DNA of 64,000 nucleotides from Candidatus Hydrogenedentota bacterium (lineage in GTDB: Bacteria > Hydrogenedentota > Hydrogenedentia > Hydrogenedentales > SLHB01). A program made the translations under genes and the position numbers. Shown here in pieces: positions 39,341-50,419 of this stretch. Each line of letters starts with the position of its first letter. Position 1 is the stretch's first letter. The notes under the pieces were generated by a model that was not told the DNA's origin, made no database searches, and was given only the letters and a program-made list of their open reading frames with translations. The stretch spans positions 224,001 to 288,000 of the forward strand of contig CAVUWV010000009.1 in NCBI GenBank assembly GCA_963745075.1, written 5' to 3'.

Positions 39341-42300
39341 TTATCGCAATTTCTCCTGCGGCAGTTCGTTGAGGACGGCCTCAATCGTTTCGGCCAACTC
39401 CGCCCGCGCATCCAGCAACGTTTTCGGGTCGTCCGTGAAGGTCTTGTTGTCAACGACTACATCCGGGTTCACCCCCAGGATCGCTTCAGCACGTTCGCGG
39501 AGCGGCTGCGGCAAGCTGTCTCCGGCTTTCGACACCAAATCCCGCAGCATCCAGAAATACTCGTAGTCCTCGATGCCGTCGCGGACGATCTCGAACCGGA
39601 TCGATCCGAGAGGTGTTGCGTCGGGACCGGGGTAGAGGAGATATCCGCAGCCATTATGGCCGGGTTGGGAGTTCCACGGTATCCAGGGGATCTCCGGCCA
39701 CCGCTGGTCCGTCGTCATGTTCAAGGCCCAATGCGTGGTGCCCCAATACAGGAATCCTTCCGCGCCGTACTTCCAGCATTCCCAGAACATGATGCGGTGG
39801 TCGGTCGCCGGAAACTCGATCATGATCCCCGGCCGGCCCCACACCGTGTAGAACCACAGCTTGTCACCCTGTTCCATGCGATCCTTGAGCAACGCCGGAT
39901 CGAAATGGTCGATGAGCGGACACCACACGTCCGCCACCCCAAGTAGCGCATGCTCGGGCGGGCTGGTCTGGAGTCTCGGGATGTCCGGCAACACGGTGTG
40001 CACCCACTGGCTGAACTCGACCGCCTGCGGGATCTCCGGCCGGCCCATCACGGACAATTCGTCGCGCGTGTACAAATACGCGAGATCCTGCCACCCCTTC
40101 GCTTCCAGGATGTCTTCCGTGTCAACCAAGCGTTTCGCAAAATCGGGTCGTTTCGTTTCCGGCAAATACCCGGGCAACGGCAGAAAGAAACAGTTCATCC
40201 CGTGGTCGATGAGGTAGTCGAAATCCTGGATCCGGTCGTCGCCGCCCAGCGGAAAATCCTTCACCGGCCCGATCCGGTGTTGGAGATGGTAGTCGTACCA
40301 CCGCTTGCGCACGTCGAACGGTACCCCGTCGGTGAACTTGTAGAACGATGCCAGTTGTCCTTCACTCATCCACAGCGAGGTCTTGAGATGCGTCTTGTCC
40401 GAGAGTGCGAAGTCCCAGACACGCACGTGAAGCGGCAACTCCAACGGGTCGCAACCGTCCGCTTCCACGCGAATCAATCCTTCATAATCACCCGGCGCCG
40501 CGTCGGAAGCTGCGTGAACGGTAATAAAGAACGGCTGTGCATCTTGATCCATCGGGATATCGACGGGCGCATCCGGGAACAGCACGTCGGGATAGTATCC
40601 CTGCTTCTCCACGTACCAGTTGTATTCACTCGGCCCGATCTTGACGTAGCCCACTCGGTTCACGACGACGTTTTCGGCCGGGATGACCGCGTCCGCATCG
40701 GCTTGATTCAGCGCTCCGACGGAGACCCGAAGATTCTTCAAATCCTTCCACAGCGGAACGACGACCAGTTGCGTTCCCTCATACTCGTTTTGCGCCAGCG
40801 AGATCGTCTTGTCCCATTGTGGCACTTCTTTCGTCAGGAACGGTTCGTCTTTGAAGATTTTCTGAAGGGTGGTATCTGGTACCGCAGCAAAGTCTTTCGC
40901 ATCCGGCGTGTGCGCTGCTGCGCGCACCCGCGCAACGTCTCGGCGCAGATCGCGCAACGCTTTGGCCACGGCCGCAGCGGCGTCGTCCTGCTTCTTCCCC
41001 GGACCCTCACGGACTATATCCCCCGCGACACCGATGGCGTTCTCCACCGATTGTTGTGCATTTTTCAGCGCAGTTGCGGCGCTGGTTTGGAGCTGTTCGT
41101 CCTGAAGGCTGGACAACAGCGCGCTGCCTTCCGTACCGAGCCGTTCAAGTTCCGCCCGTTCCACGGCGAACGGTTTCAGCGTTGTGCCCCGCTCAGCCTC
41201 GGCCAATGTTTGTCCGGTCCCCAGGTCGGTGAGACGCAGTCGCAAGCGATACTGCCCGCCCAGATCGGCTACCAGATCGAAGCGGCTGGACACCTCCTCG
41301 AAGGGCTCTCTACGACCCGTGACACGATGCGAAACCAGTGACCCGTCCGGCCGCGTGACCTCCGCAACCGCCTCCAACCGGTGGGGCCGGCGATCGTCAT
41401 TGGCAAAGGAAAACGTAATGGTGTTGATGCCCAGACCCAGTGGACTGAAACGCTGCAAGGTCAGCCGATCCCCCCGAGCTTCCGGCGATGGGGCCGCGGA
41501 GGGATGAAACGCCACGCCCGCCGCGTTCCCGGACAACTGGGCGTCATGGTTCATCATCGGCCAAGGCAACAAATCCGCGTCGGCCTTGCCGCCCAACGTA
41601 TAGCAGTACACGGAACGATCTTTGCTCGTCACCACGATCTCGATTTTGCCGTCTCCTTCGAGATCGCCGATGGCCGGCGTCGTAATGATCTCGGTATCGA
41701 AGGGGATCGCCCATTCTATCGCGCCGTCCGCGGAATAGCAGAGCAATCGTTGCGACCGCGAGCACACGAGAATCTCCAGTTCACCGTCGCCGTCCACGTC
41801 ACCCACAGAAGGTCCTTGAACCACACTCCCGCCCGCGTCCGCCTTCCAAACGAGTACGCCGTTATGCAGACGATAGACATTGCCCGGACCGCGCTGCCCG
41901 CTGCCGTCCGCGCAGACCACGTCCAAGGTGCCGGACCCGTCAAAATCGACCAGCGCGACCCCCGACGTTTGGTCGATCCGGTGTTCGCCTTTCCAACGCC
42001 ACTCCTCGTCGCCCGTAAACGCGTCCCGGGCGATCACCTGGAAGTCATCCGTGATCGTGACAACCTCCGGCGTGCCGTCCCCATCCAAGTCGCCGACGGC
42101 GGGGCTGCACCAGCGTTCCTTGCGCGGCATGGGCTCGTCGTGCGACCACACCACGTCTCCGGTGCTGTTCAGGCAGGCTTCTCGACCCCCGCCGAACGTC
42201 GCGTAAATGAGCATCGTGCCGGTTGACGGGTCGGGCGCGACCGCCGGAATGCCGCGAACCTTGCCATCGGCTTGGTAATGCCACAGGATCTCACCCGTAT

Positions 42301-42790
42301 CGCCCAGGCAATAGAGCGTTCCGCTCTCGGAACCAAACACAATTTCGATTCGTCCGTCGTTGTTGATGTCCGCCAGCACGGGTCCTGTGTAGTCCATCAC
42401 GTCGCCCATGTCTCGACGCCAAATCCATTCGCCCCTCGCGGAAATGCATCCGGCGGTGCCGCCCCGCGACACAAAGAAGACTTCGCGCTTCCCGTCACCG
42501 TCGTAGTCAACAGCGGACGGCGTCGCTTGAAGCCCTTCCGGACTGCCGTCATCGACACCTACGGCCCAGCGGATCCGCCCTGCGTCGTCCAGGCAGAGGA
42601 TACGGCGGTCCTGAGAAGCCGCTACGATCGCTTCCTGGATGCCATCGTTGTCTAGGTCCGCCAGGACCGGCGCGGCGTAAATCTTGCCCCTCGTTTCGAG
42701 CGACCATTTTAGATCTGGCGCCGTGGCGGGGCTCGCCGCGACGGCGTGGATGCTGAGCAGGAGCGGCCATACAAGATAGAGTGCCTTCAT
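39341..42790 (-). CDS. Secreted FG-GAP/PQQ-propeller + DUF4091 (GH123-like) multidomain protein
   Basis: Repeated DxDGDGxxE motifs; AQNEYEGTQL, GFLYW, GYLLYPG, SIRFEIVRDGIEDYEY. Confidence 0.85.
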   Translation of the reverse strand: MKALYLVWPLLLSIHAVAASPATAPDLKWSLETRGKIYAAPVLADLDNDGIQEAIVAASQDRRILCLDDAGRIRWAVGVDDGSPEGLQATPSAVDYDGDGKREVFFVSRGGTAGCISARGEWIWRRDMGDVMDYTGPVLADINNDGRIEIVFGSESGTLYCLGDTGEILWHYQADGKVRGIPAVAPDPSTGTMLIYATFGGGREACLNSTGDVVWSHDEPMPRKERWCSPAVGDLDGDGTPEVVTITDDFQVIARDAFTGDEEWRWKGEHRIDQTSGVALVDFDGSGTLDVVCADGSGQRGPGNVYRLHNGVLVWKADAGGSVVQGPSVGDVDGDGELEILVCSRSQRLLCYSADGAIEWAIPFDTEIITTPAIGDLEGDGKIEIVVTSKDRSVYCYTLGGKADADLLPWPMMNHDAQLSGNAAGVAFHPSAAPSPEARGDRLTLQRFSPLGLGINTITFSFANDDRRPHRLEAVAEVTRPDGSLVSHRVTGRREPFEEVSSRFDLVADLGGQYRLRLRLTDLGTGQTLAEAERGTTLKPFAVERAELERLGTEGSALLSSLQDEQLQTSAATALKNAQQSVENAIGVAGDIVREGPGKKQDDAAAAVAKALRDLRRDVARVRAAAHTPDAKDFAAVPDTTLQKIFKDEPFLTKEVPQWDKTISLAQNEYEGTQLVVVPLWKDLKNLRVSVGALNQADADAVIPAENVVVNRVGYVKIGPSEYNWYVEKQGYYPDVLFPDAPVDIPMDQDAQPFFITVHAASDAAPGDYEGLIRVEADGCDPLELPLHVRVWDFALSDKTHLKTSLWMSEGQLASFYKFTDGVPFDVRKRWYDYHLQHRIGPVKDFPLGGDDRIQDFDYLIDHGMNCFFLPLPGYLPETKRPDFAKRLVDTEDILEAKGWQDLAYLYTRDELSVMGRPEIPQAVEFSQWVHTVLPDIPRLQTSPPEHALLGVADVWCPLIDHFDPALLKDRMEQGDKLWFYTVWGRPGIMIEFPATDHRIMFWECWKYGAEGFLYWGTTHWALNMTTDQRWPEIPWIPWNSQPGHNGCGYLLYPGPDATPLGSIRFEIVRDGIEDYEYFWMLRDLVSKAGDSLPQPLRERAEAILGVNPDVVVDNKTFTDDPKTLLDARAELAETIEAVLNELPQEKLR

Positions 42791-43030
42791 CGGCGTATTT
42801 CCCCCTGAAATGAATGTGGAATCATGTTTGTACGTCACATGTTTCGATGAGAAGCTATGCTAGGGCCTTGCCGACAGTAATTGCAAAGCTTGTTCGGCGC
42901 AAGTTTGATGTCTCCGCCTTCGGCTTGCGAGAATGGGTGCTGTTCATCGGAAACTCGAAAACCTCGCAAAACGTTCGTACAAATGGAACGAAGTCATGCG
43001 GGATGATATACTTAATACGAGGTAGTTTTA

Positions 43031-43579
43031 ATGCTGTGTCAGAGATGTCATAAGAGCCTGGCGACCATGCGATACGCCGAAGTCGTGGACGGCAAAGTGT
43101 CCGAGCAGCATCTTTGCGCGGATTGCATGGCCCGTCAACAGGCGGCCGAAGCATCAGGTTTCGAACTTTCGGGCGAAGCCCCCATGCCTTGTCTGCGTCA
43201 TATCGGGGGCAGCGCTACCGACTCGACCCTGCCTCGGCGTTCCTGCCGGGCCTGCGGGATTGAATTGCAGGATGTTATTCAGACCGGGCGCGTGGGATGT
43301 AGCGTTTGTTATGAATCCTTCGGCGATCAGCTCGAACCGGTTCTGCGCAGCATGCACATTTCGTTGCGGCACCGCGGCAAAGTTCCGCACCGCGACGACG
43401 CGCGCGAGCAAAAGCGGGCCCAGTTACAAACCAAGCGTGCTCTTCTGCGCAGCGCGCTCAAGACGGAGAACTACGAAGAAGCGGCCGGACTCCGGGATGA
43501 GATTCGGTCGATCGAGGATTCCCTGCGAGCCGACGACGCAAACGCCCCATCCAAGGGCTCCAAGATAACCCATGCTTAA
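43031..43579 (+). CDS. mcsA: McsA (zinc-finger, UVR-domain activator)
   Basis: Four CxxC motifs, HRGKVP, ENYEEAAGLRDEIR; extended -10 TGaTATACT at 43004-43012. Confidence 0.92.
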   Translation: MLCQRCHKSLATMRYAEVVDGKVSEQHLCADCMARQQAAEASGFELSGEAPMPCLRHIGGSATDSTLPRRSCRACGIELQDVIQTGRVGCSVCYESFGDQLEPVLRSMHISLRHRGKVPHRDDAREQKRAQLQTKRALLRSALKTENYEEAAGLRDEIRSIEDSLRADDANAPSKGSKITHA

Positions 43580-44618
43580 GACTTTACTGGATAAACCTGC
43601 GGATTGGTTTGCGCGCAGCGGGCCTGAAGATGACTGCGTGCTCCATACCGAGGGGACCCTCGTTCGCAATCTCGCCGATTTTCCATTTCCCGAGCGGTGC
43701 TCCGACGACGAGAAAGCGGCCGTCGAAGAACGCATTCTCGCGGCATTCGAAACATCCGATTCATTTTCCGGCGGACAGTTTTACCCGATTGCCGAACTGA
43801 ACTTGCAGGACTCCCGGCTACTGATGGAGCGGCACCTCATGACCCCGTGGCTGCTGGAAGGGCAGGGCGCGCGCGGCGTGTTTGTCAGCGACGACCAGTG
43901 CATGAGCGTTATGGTCAATGAACGCGACCACCTGCGAATCACGGTGCTGGCGCCGGGACTGCAGCCCCAGGAAGTGTGGAAGCGATTATCGGAGATCGAC
44001 GATGTCCTGGCCACCTCATTGGACTTTTCGTTTCACGAAAAGCGAGGGTTTCTCTCGTCCTCCCTCGACGAAGTAGGCACCGGGCTGCGCGTGGCCGGTC
44101 TCGTTCATCTTCCCGGACTGAGTTCCGCGGGCCGCATCATCCCGCTCGAACAAAGCATCCGAAAAAACCATCACTCCCTGACCGGCGCCTTTGGCGAGAT
44201 TGGCAAAGCCCCGGGATATCTGTACGTGATCGCAAATCGCGGTACGCTCGGACGTTCGGAAGAGGAAATCGTGTATCACCTCCGCGCGACCGTCGGCGAT
44301 GCGGTGGCGCAAGAGCGCAACGCCCGCGCGTCGAGCATGACCGAAGAAAGTTTGCCCGCGCTGGCCGACCGGGTCGGACGCGCCTTGGGAATCGCGCGGG
44401 GCGCCCGCGTCCTCGAGTTCCAGGAGGCACTCGACCTCCTGTCCGCGTTGCGGCTCGGCCTTGCCACCGATCAAGTCGAAAGTTTTTCCCTTCAGCAATT
44501 GAATGAACTGCTCGTGCTGGCGCAAGCGGCCCACATCGAGTCTCGACTTACGGAAGAGTCGGACCATCTGGCGCTGAGCACCGCGCGCGCCAAGTTGTTT
44601 CGCGAACGTCTTTCCTGA
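43572..44618 (+). CDS. mcsB: McsB-like ATP:guanido phosphotransferase, catalytic motifs degenerate
   Basis: Between mcsA and clpC; ERHL, NERDHLR, GTGLR..HLP, TLGRSE; lacks RxRLARN and CPTN. Confidence 0.85.
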   Translation: MLKTLLDKPADWFARSGPEDDCVLHTEGTLVRNLADFPFPERCSDDEKAAVEERILAAFETSDSFSGGQFYPIAELNLQDSRLLMERHLMTPWLLEGQGARGVFVSDDQCMSVMVNERDHLRITVLAPGLQPQEVWKRLSEIDDVLATSLDFSFHEKRGFLSSSLDEVGTGLRVAGLVHLPGLSSAGRIIPLEQSIRKNHHSLTGAFGEIGKAPGYLYVIANRGTLGRSEEEIVYHLRATVGDAVAQERNARASSMTEESLPALADRVGRALGIARGARVLEFQEALDLLSALRLGLATDQVESFSLQQLNELLVLAQAAHIESRLTEESDHLALSTARAKLFRERLS

Positions 44619-44860
44619 ACGTAGGTCACTCATTGGCGCATGGAGTACGGTGGTTGGTCTGAGCTTCACTGACGGCACGCGATGGCTATCTCCATAATTA
44701 TGTGGCGCGGCGGCGGTGGACTTCGCTTGCCCGTTCCGCCACAATATATGGACGGCCTCGACGGGCGACGCTTCCGAGTGCCGCGAGCCATGCATGGGTA
44801 CGAAGAATACCAGGCTCGGCAGAAACGCTGCTATCATAACGAATTAAAGGCGAAATCATT

Positions 44861-47317
44861 ATGTGGGAACGATTTACAGAACGAGCCAAACATGTGGTCA
44901 GCGCGGCGCGCGAAGAGGCGACCCGCCTCGGCAGCGAGTATGTCCGTACGGAGCACATCTTACTCGGACTCTGCCGCGAACCCGACGGCATTGCGGCCAG
45001 GGCCCTGGAAAACCTCGGTGTCGACATCGAGTCGCTGTCACTCGAAATCGAGCAGCAGGTCCAGAAAGGCAGCGCCGTGGTGTCGGGCGAAGAAATCGCC
45101 TTCACGCCCCGGGCCAAAAAGGTGCTCGAACTTGCGGTCGAAGAAGCCCGGCGGTTCAATCATAGCTACATCGGTACGGAACATATCCTGCTCGGCCTTG
45201 TGAAGGAAGGCGAAGGCATCGCCGCGAAAGTCCTTCAGGATATGAAAGTCGATCTGGAGCGAATCCAGGCGGAGGTAATCCGATTGCTCGGAGATCAAGG
45301 AAAACCCGGACCGCAGGCCTCCTCGGGCAAGAAAAGTCAGACGCCCGCACTGGACACCTTCGGCCGCGACCTGACCGCCCTCGCCCAAGAAAGCAAACTC
45401 GATCCGGTTATCGGCCGCGAAGGCGAAATTGAGCGCGTCATCCAGGTCCTCAGCCGCCGCACCAAGAACAATCCCGTCCTCATCGGCGAGGCCGGTGTGG
45501 GCAAAACCGCCATCGTGGAAGGACTCGCCCAGGCCATCGTCGCCGGCGACGTCCCCGATCTCCTCTTGCATCGCCGCGTCCTCACCCTCGACTTGGCGGG
45601 GGTGGTCGCCGGCACCAAGTACCGTGGACAATTCGAGGAACGGCTGAAATCGGTCATGAAAGAAATCCGCCGCGCCGACAACATCATTCTGTTCATCGAC
45701 GAGCTTCACACCATCGTGGGCGCCGGCGCCGCCGAAGGCGCCGTGGACGCGGCAAACATGCTGAAGCCCTCGTTGGCCCGCGGCGAGCTGCAATGCATTG
45801 GCGCGACCACGCTCGACGAATACCGCAAACATATCGAGAAGGACGCCGCGTTGGCCCGTCGATTCCAGACGATCATGGTCGACGCGCCCTCCGTTGACGA
45901 GACCGTCGAAATCATTCAGGGGCTCCGCGATAAGTACGAGGCCCATCACCGGGTCAAGTTCTCCGACGAGGCGATCGTCGCCGCCGCCAAGTTATCCAAC
46001 CAATACATCACGGACCGATACCTGCCCGACAAAGCCGTCGACGTGATCGACGAGGCCGGCAGCCGGGCTCGCCTCCAAATCACCACCCGTCCCTCGGAAT
46101 TAAAGGAAATCGAACAAGATATCGAGAAAGTCACCCAGGAAAAAGAAGCCGCGATCCGACGGCAGGAGTACGAGCGCGCCGCGAGCCTGCGTGACAAGGA
46201 ACGGACCCTCATCGCCGAACTCGACGAGAAGAAACGGGAATGGGAGAAGAAACGGGATTCCGCTGAAACAATTGTCGGAGAGGAAGAAATCGCGTACATC
46301 GTTTCGAAATGGACCGGCGTTCCCCTTACCAAGCTCGAGGAAACCGAATCCGACCGCCTTTTGCGCATGCGGGACGAGTTGCACAAGTCCGTGATCGGCC
46401 AGGAATCGGCCATCGACGCCATCACCCGCGCCATACAACGCTCCCGAGCCGGTCTGCGCAACACCGGACGCCCCGTGGGCTCGTTTCTGTTTCTCGGCCC
46501 CACCGGTGTCGGCAAGACCCTGCTGGCCAAGACCTTGGCGGAGTTCCTCTTCGGCAACGCGGACTCCCTCATCACGATCGACATGTCGGAGTATATGGAG
46601 AAGTTCGCCGTGTCCCGCCTCGCCGGCGCCCCTCCCGGATACGTCGGGTACAACGAAGGCGGACAACTCACCGAGCAAGTGCGCCGGCGCCCCTATTCCG
46701 TCGTCCTGTTCGACGAGATTGAGAAGGCCCACCCCAACGTCTTTAACGTGTTGTTGCAGGTCCTCGAAGACGGCCATATGACCGATTCCACGGGCCGAAA
46801 GGTCGACTTCCGGAACACCGTGATCGTCATGACCAGCAATATCGGCGCCCGGCGCATCGGCCGCTCCACCCAGGTCGGCTTCCAACGCAGCTCCATGGAG
46901 GACGAATACCGCGAAATGAAATCCCGCGTCATGGACGAAGTCAAGAAGGTCTTCAATCCCGAATTCCTGAACCGGGTCGACGAAGTCGTCGTATTCCACC
47001 GTCTTACCCACGACGAGCTGGTGCGGATCGTTGACATTCACGTGGCGGAAGTGATAGAACGCATCGGGGAAAAGGGCTACGAGTTATCGCTGAGCGATGA
47101 GGCCAAGGAATTCGTCGTTCGTGTTGGGAGCGATGAGCAGTACGGAGCACGGCCTCTGCGGAGAGCCGTACAGCAGTATATCGAAGACCCGCTTTCCGAA
47201 TCGTTACTCAAAGGGGCCTTTGCCCCCGGCATGCGGATCAACGTCCGGCCCTCGGATGAGGAAGAAAAGCTCGTATTCGAGCCGGTTATGCCCATAGCGG
47301 AAGGTGTGACTAATTGA
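44861..47317 (+). CDS. clpC: ATP-dependent Clp protease ATPase ClpC
   Basis: Two Clp N repeats, [12 protein letters not shown]-domain, [11 protein letters not shown] ClpP-binding loop, GARPLRR. Confidence 0.97.
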   Translation: MWERFTERAKHVVSAAREEATRLGSEYVRTEHILLGLCREPDGIAARALENLGVDIESLSLEIEQQVQKGSAVVSGEEIAFTPRAKKVLELAVEEARRFNHSYIGTEHILLGLVKEGEGIAAKVLQDMKVDLERIQAEVIRLLGDQGKPGPQASSGKKSQTPALDTFGRDLTALAQESKLDPVIGREGEIERVIQVLSRRTKNNPVLIGEAGVGKTAIVEGLAQAIVAGDVPDLLLHRRVLTLDLAGVVAGTKYRGQFEERLKSVMKEIRRADNIILFIDELHTIVGAGAAEGAVDAANMLKPSLARGELQCIGATTLDEYRKHIEKDAALARRFQTIMVDAPSVDETVEIIQGLRDKYEAHHRVKFSDEAIVAAAKLSNQYITDRYLPDKAVDVIDEAGSRARLQITTRPSELKEIEQDIEKVTQEKEAAIRRQEYERAASLRDKERTLIAELDEKKREWEKKRDSAETIVGEEEIAYIVSKWTGVPLTKLEETESDRLLRMRDELHKSVIGQESAIDAITRAIQRSRAGLRNTGRPVGSFLFLGPTGVGKTLLAKTLAEFLFGNADSLITIDMSEYMEKFAVSRLAGAPPGYVGYNEGGQLTEQVRRRPYSVVLFDEIEKAHPNVFNVLLQVLEDGHMTDSTGRKVDFRNTVIVMTSNIGARRIGRSTQVGFQRSSMEDEYREMKSRVMDEVKKVFNPEFLNRVDEVVVFHRLTHDELVRIVDIHVAEVIERIGEKGYELSLSDEAKEFVVRVGSDEQYGARPLRRAVQQYIEDPLSESLLKGAFAPGMRINVRPSDEEEKLVFEPVMPIAEGVTN

Positions 47318-49617
47318 GCACAAAAAAGATCCTCTTGACGGTACTGTTGGCGCTTATGATGGCCGTGCCTGCGTTCGCCCAACAGTATGAGGGAAAGACT
47401 ATCCGGGAGGTCCGAATCGACGGGCTCGAGCGGGTCAGCGAGCAACTGATCCGATCCCAACTCGAAGTCCAGGCGGGCCAACCCTACAACCAAGCCGCCA
47501 TTTCCCGCGACATCCGCAGGCTATACGACACCACCTTCTTCTCATCCATCAAGGCGGATGCCTCCCTCGAGGGCGATGAAGTCGTCGTCACGTACATCGT
47601 TAAAGAAAAGCGCGTCATCTCCGAGATCAAGATTATCGGAAACGACAAGGTGCGCGACCGCGCCATTCGCGGCGTGCTGAAGTGGCGCGAGGGCGATACC
47701 TTCCTCGAAGACGGGTACAACGACGAGCGGGAAGCCATCCTGAATCTATACCAAACCAAGGGGATCGCCAACACCACCGTCGATATCGTCGTGGAGGACA
47801 TCGGTCCCTCCCAGGTTCGTATTACCTACGTGATCGATGAGGGCAAAAAGGCCCGCATCCGTTCCATCGACTTTGAAGGCAACGAAGCCCTCTCGGATCG
47901 CCAGCTACGCAAGGGAATGCAGACCAAGCGTCGCTGGTGGTTTATCGGCGGGAAGTACGACGAAGACAAACTCGAAGCCGACTTGCAGAAGGTGTTGGGC
48001 AAGTACGGCAACCACGGGCGCCTGGAAGCGGAGATCACCGGCACGCAGCTTGCCTATTCGGATAGCGGCAAGGGACTCAACATTACCATTGACGTTTCGG
48101 AAGGGCCCGAATACACCGTCGGCGCCGTGGAAACCGCCAACAACGTCGTGTTCGACGACGACGAAATCATCGATCTCCTGAAAGTGCAGGCCGGTGACGT
48201 GCACAACAAGGGCCAGGTCGAAGAAGACGCGCAACTCGTATCCAAAGGATACGCCGACAGCGGCTATGTGAACGCGACGGACACGCCGCAAGTGACGCTC
48301 GACCGGAGCAACAAAACCACCAACATCGTCCACCGGATCGAAGAAGGCGATCTCAAATACGTCCGCGAGATTAAGATCACCGGCAACGATGTCACCCGCG
48401 ACGACGTGATCCGCCGGGAAATCTTCGTGGTGCCCGGCGAACGTTTTGACGGCACCTTGCTCGAAGCCAGCAAACGGCGTTTGGAGAGCACGGACTACTA
48501 TGACGCGATTCGGTTCTCCATGGAAAACATCGAGGACGACGACCGCTTCGCCAACCTGTTGGTGGACGTGGAGGAAGGCCAGACCGGGTTCTGGAACTTC
48601 GGCGCCGGGTACAGCACCGATGAAGGCTTCGGCGGCTACACCGAACTTCGATTCAACAACTTCGATATCACGAATTGGCCGACCTTCAGCGGCGGCGGTC
48701 AGCAATTCCGCATTCGTCTGAACCTCGGACAGCGCCGGACCGAATACAACGTGAGTTTCACGGATCCCGAATTCATGGGCTACCCCCTCCTGTTCGGCGT
48801 CGACTTCTTTGACGAGTCCTACGAATACGAAGGCGGGTCCGACTACACCCAACACTCCCAGGGCGGCCAAATACGGCTGGGCAAAATCCTCTCACCGTAT
48901 GTGACAGCACGCACCGCCTTGAGTTACCGCAGCATCAACTACAGCGACTTGGGCACGGGGCCGTTCAGCGCCTACTACCCCTACCTCGGCGGTGACGTGA
49001 CCATCAGCACCATCTGGGGCATTAACCGCACCACCACCGATTCCAAGCGCGATCCATCATCCGGCTCCAGCCACGATTTACAACTGGAATTGGCCGGCAT
49101 CGGCGGCGACAACGATTTCCTCAAGCTGGATCACGACTCGTCGTGGTATTACTCCCTCGACGAAGAATCCAAGTGGGTGCTTTCGTACCGGTCACGGCAG
49201 GGAATCGGATTCCCCTTCGGCGATTCCGACGTGATCCCGCTCTCCGACCGGTACTTCGTCGGCGGTACGTCGACGGTTCGCGGCTACGATTCGCGTGATA
49301 TCGGCCCGAAACGGCCGAAATACGGCTTCATCGGGGAAGGCGAGGCCGTCGGCGGCGAATTACGACTCGTCAACAACCTCGAAATCAAATACAAGTGGAA
49401 CAAGTTCTTCCGGCTGTATGGTTTCCTTGACGGGGGCGGCGCGTGGTTGGAGCCCAGCGATTTCGGGTTCGGCGACATGCGCTACGGCGCCGGCGTCGGG
49501 ATCGGCTTCGATGTGCCGAGGATGGGTCCGATTCGTCTCGACTACGGCGTCCCGCTGAATCCCGACGACGATCAGGGGTCCGGACGGTTCCATCTTCAAG
49601 GCGGATTCCGATTCTAA
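47314..49617 (+). CDS. bamA: Outer membrane protein assembly factor BamA
   Basis: Signal peptide, POTRA repeats, TVRGYD motif, C-terminal Phe; TTG start overlapping clpC stop. Confidence 0.96.
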   Translation: MSTKKILLTVLLALMMAVPAFAQQYEGKTIREVRIDGLERVSEQLIRSQLEVQAGQPYNQAAISRDIRRLYDTTFFSSIKADASLEGDEVVVTYIVKEKRVISEIKIIGNDKVRDRAIRGVLKWREGDTFLEDGYNDEREAILNLYQTKGIANTTVDIVVEDIGPSQVRITYVIDEGKKARIRSIDFEGNEALSDRQLRKGMQTKRRWWFIGGKYDEDKLEADLQKVLGKYGNHGRLEAEITGTQLAYSDSGKGLNITIDVSEGPEYTVGAVETANNVVFDDDEIIDLLKVQAGDVHNKGQVEEDAQLVSKGYADSGYVNATDTPQVTLDRSNKTTNIVHRIEEGDLKYVREIKITGNDVTRDDVIRREIFVVPGERFDGTLLEASKRRLESTDYYDAIRFSMENIEDDDRFANLLVDVEEGQTGFWNFGAGYSTDEGFGGYTELRFNNFDITNWPTFSGGGQQFRIRLNLGQRRTEYNVSFTDPEFMGYPLLFGVDFFDESYEYEGGSDYTQHSQGGQIRLGKILSPYVTARTALSYRSINYSDLGTGPFSAYYPYLGGDVTISTIWGINRTTTDSKRDPSSGSSHDLQLELAGIGGDNDFLKLDHDSSWYYSLDEESKWVLSYRSRQGIGFPFGDSDVIPLSDRYFVGGTSTVRGYDSRDIGPKRPKYGFIGEGEAVGGELRLVNNLEIKYKWNKFFRLYGFLDGGGAWLEPSDFGFGDMRYGAGVGIGFDVPRMGPIRLDYGVPLNPDDDQGSGRFHLQGGFRF

Positions 49618-49647
49618 ACCCGCCCATCGCCGATAACGTGAAATAGG

Positions 49648-49676
49648 TTGCGCCAACGAAGGGGTGGTGCTATACT
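49648..49676 (+). promoter_or_regulatory. Internal sigma70 promoter for skp-lpxD-lpxC/fabZ
   Basis: TTGCGC-17 bp-TATACT with extended TG. Confidence 0.65.
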
Positions 49677-49798
49677 CCGCGCTTGTCCCGCCGGACCAAT
49701 CCCCGCACCTGGCAGCCGGTGGCGGCGCATAAATCTCGAACAAACAATCCCGAATGGTTTTCGTGGAATTAACACAGAGGGGAATACGGAACGTGAAT

Positions 49799-50362
49799 AT
49801 GGCGGTCAAATCCATCATGGGGCTTATCCTGGCTTCTTTCCTCGTGCCCGTGGTTGCAGCGGCTCAGCAAAGCGGCGATAGCGCGAATGCCAGCGCCGCT
49901 GTACCGTACAAGATCGCGGTCGTCAACCGGAAGGAAGTGTTCGACAACTACGACAAGCAAAAGCGCGAGTGGCAGGATCTCGAAGCCGAAAAGAAAAAGC
50001 TTCAGGATCAAATCGACGCGCTATCCGACACCATCACCGCAGAGAAAAAGCGCCTCGAAGACGAAGGCGACTCCATGTCGGAAGAAGATAAAACCAATCT
50101 TCGGGACAAGATCGAGAGCGACTATCGCAAATATCAGACCGAGTTCAAACGCCTTCAAGGCGAGATCGACAGCAAGTCGCGCAAGTTCTTCGGTCGCATG
50201 ATGGAAGACATCGACGCGGCGGTGGTCGAAATCGGCAATGCCGAGAACTATCATCTGATTTTTGAAGCCGACCCCAAGAGCCCCACGTCCGTGCTATACT
50301 ACAGTTCGACGATCGACATCACGTCCAAAGTGATCGAACGGCTGAACCGCGAGAACAAGTAA
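49799..50362 (+). CDS. skp: OmpH/Skp periplasmic chaperone
   Basis: KIAVVN, long coiled coil, DITSKVIERLN; between bamA and lpxD. Confidence 0.9.
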   Translation: MAVKSIMGLILASFLVPVVAAAQQSGDSANASAAVPYKIAVVNRKEVFDNYDKQKREWQDLEAEKKKLQDQIDALSDTITAEKKRLEDEGDSMSEEDKTNLRDKIESDYRKYQTEFKRLQGEIDSKSRKFFGRMMEDIDAAVVEIGNAENYHLIFEADPKSPTSVLYYSSTIDITSKVIERLNRENK

Positions 50363-50419
50363 ACTGAATCGCAAGGAGTTTGGCATCTCCGGCGTTGTAC
50401 TGTCTCCGGAGCAGCAGCG

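Noticed and set aside
42840..43030. ctsR gene or CtsR box upstream of mcsA
   Set aside because: No ORF of suitable size and no tandem GGTCAAA heptads
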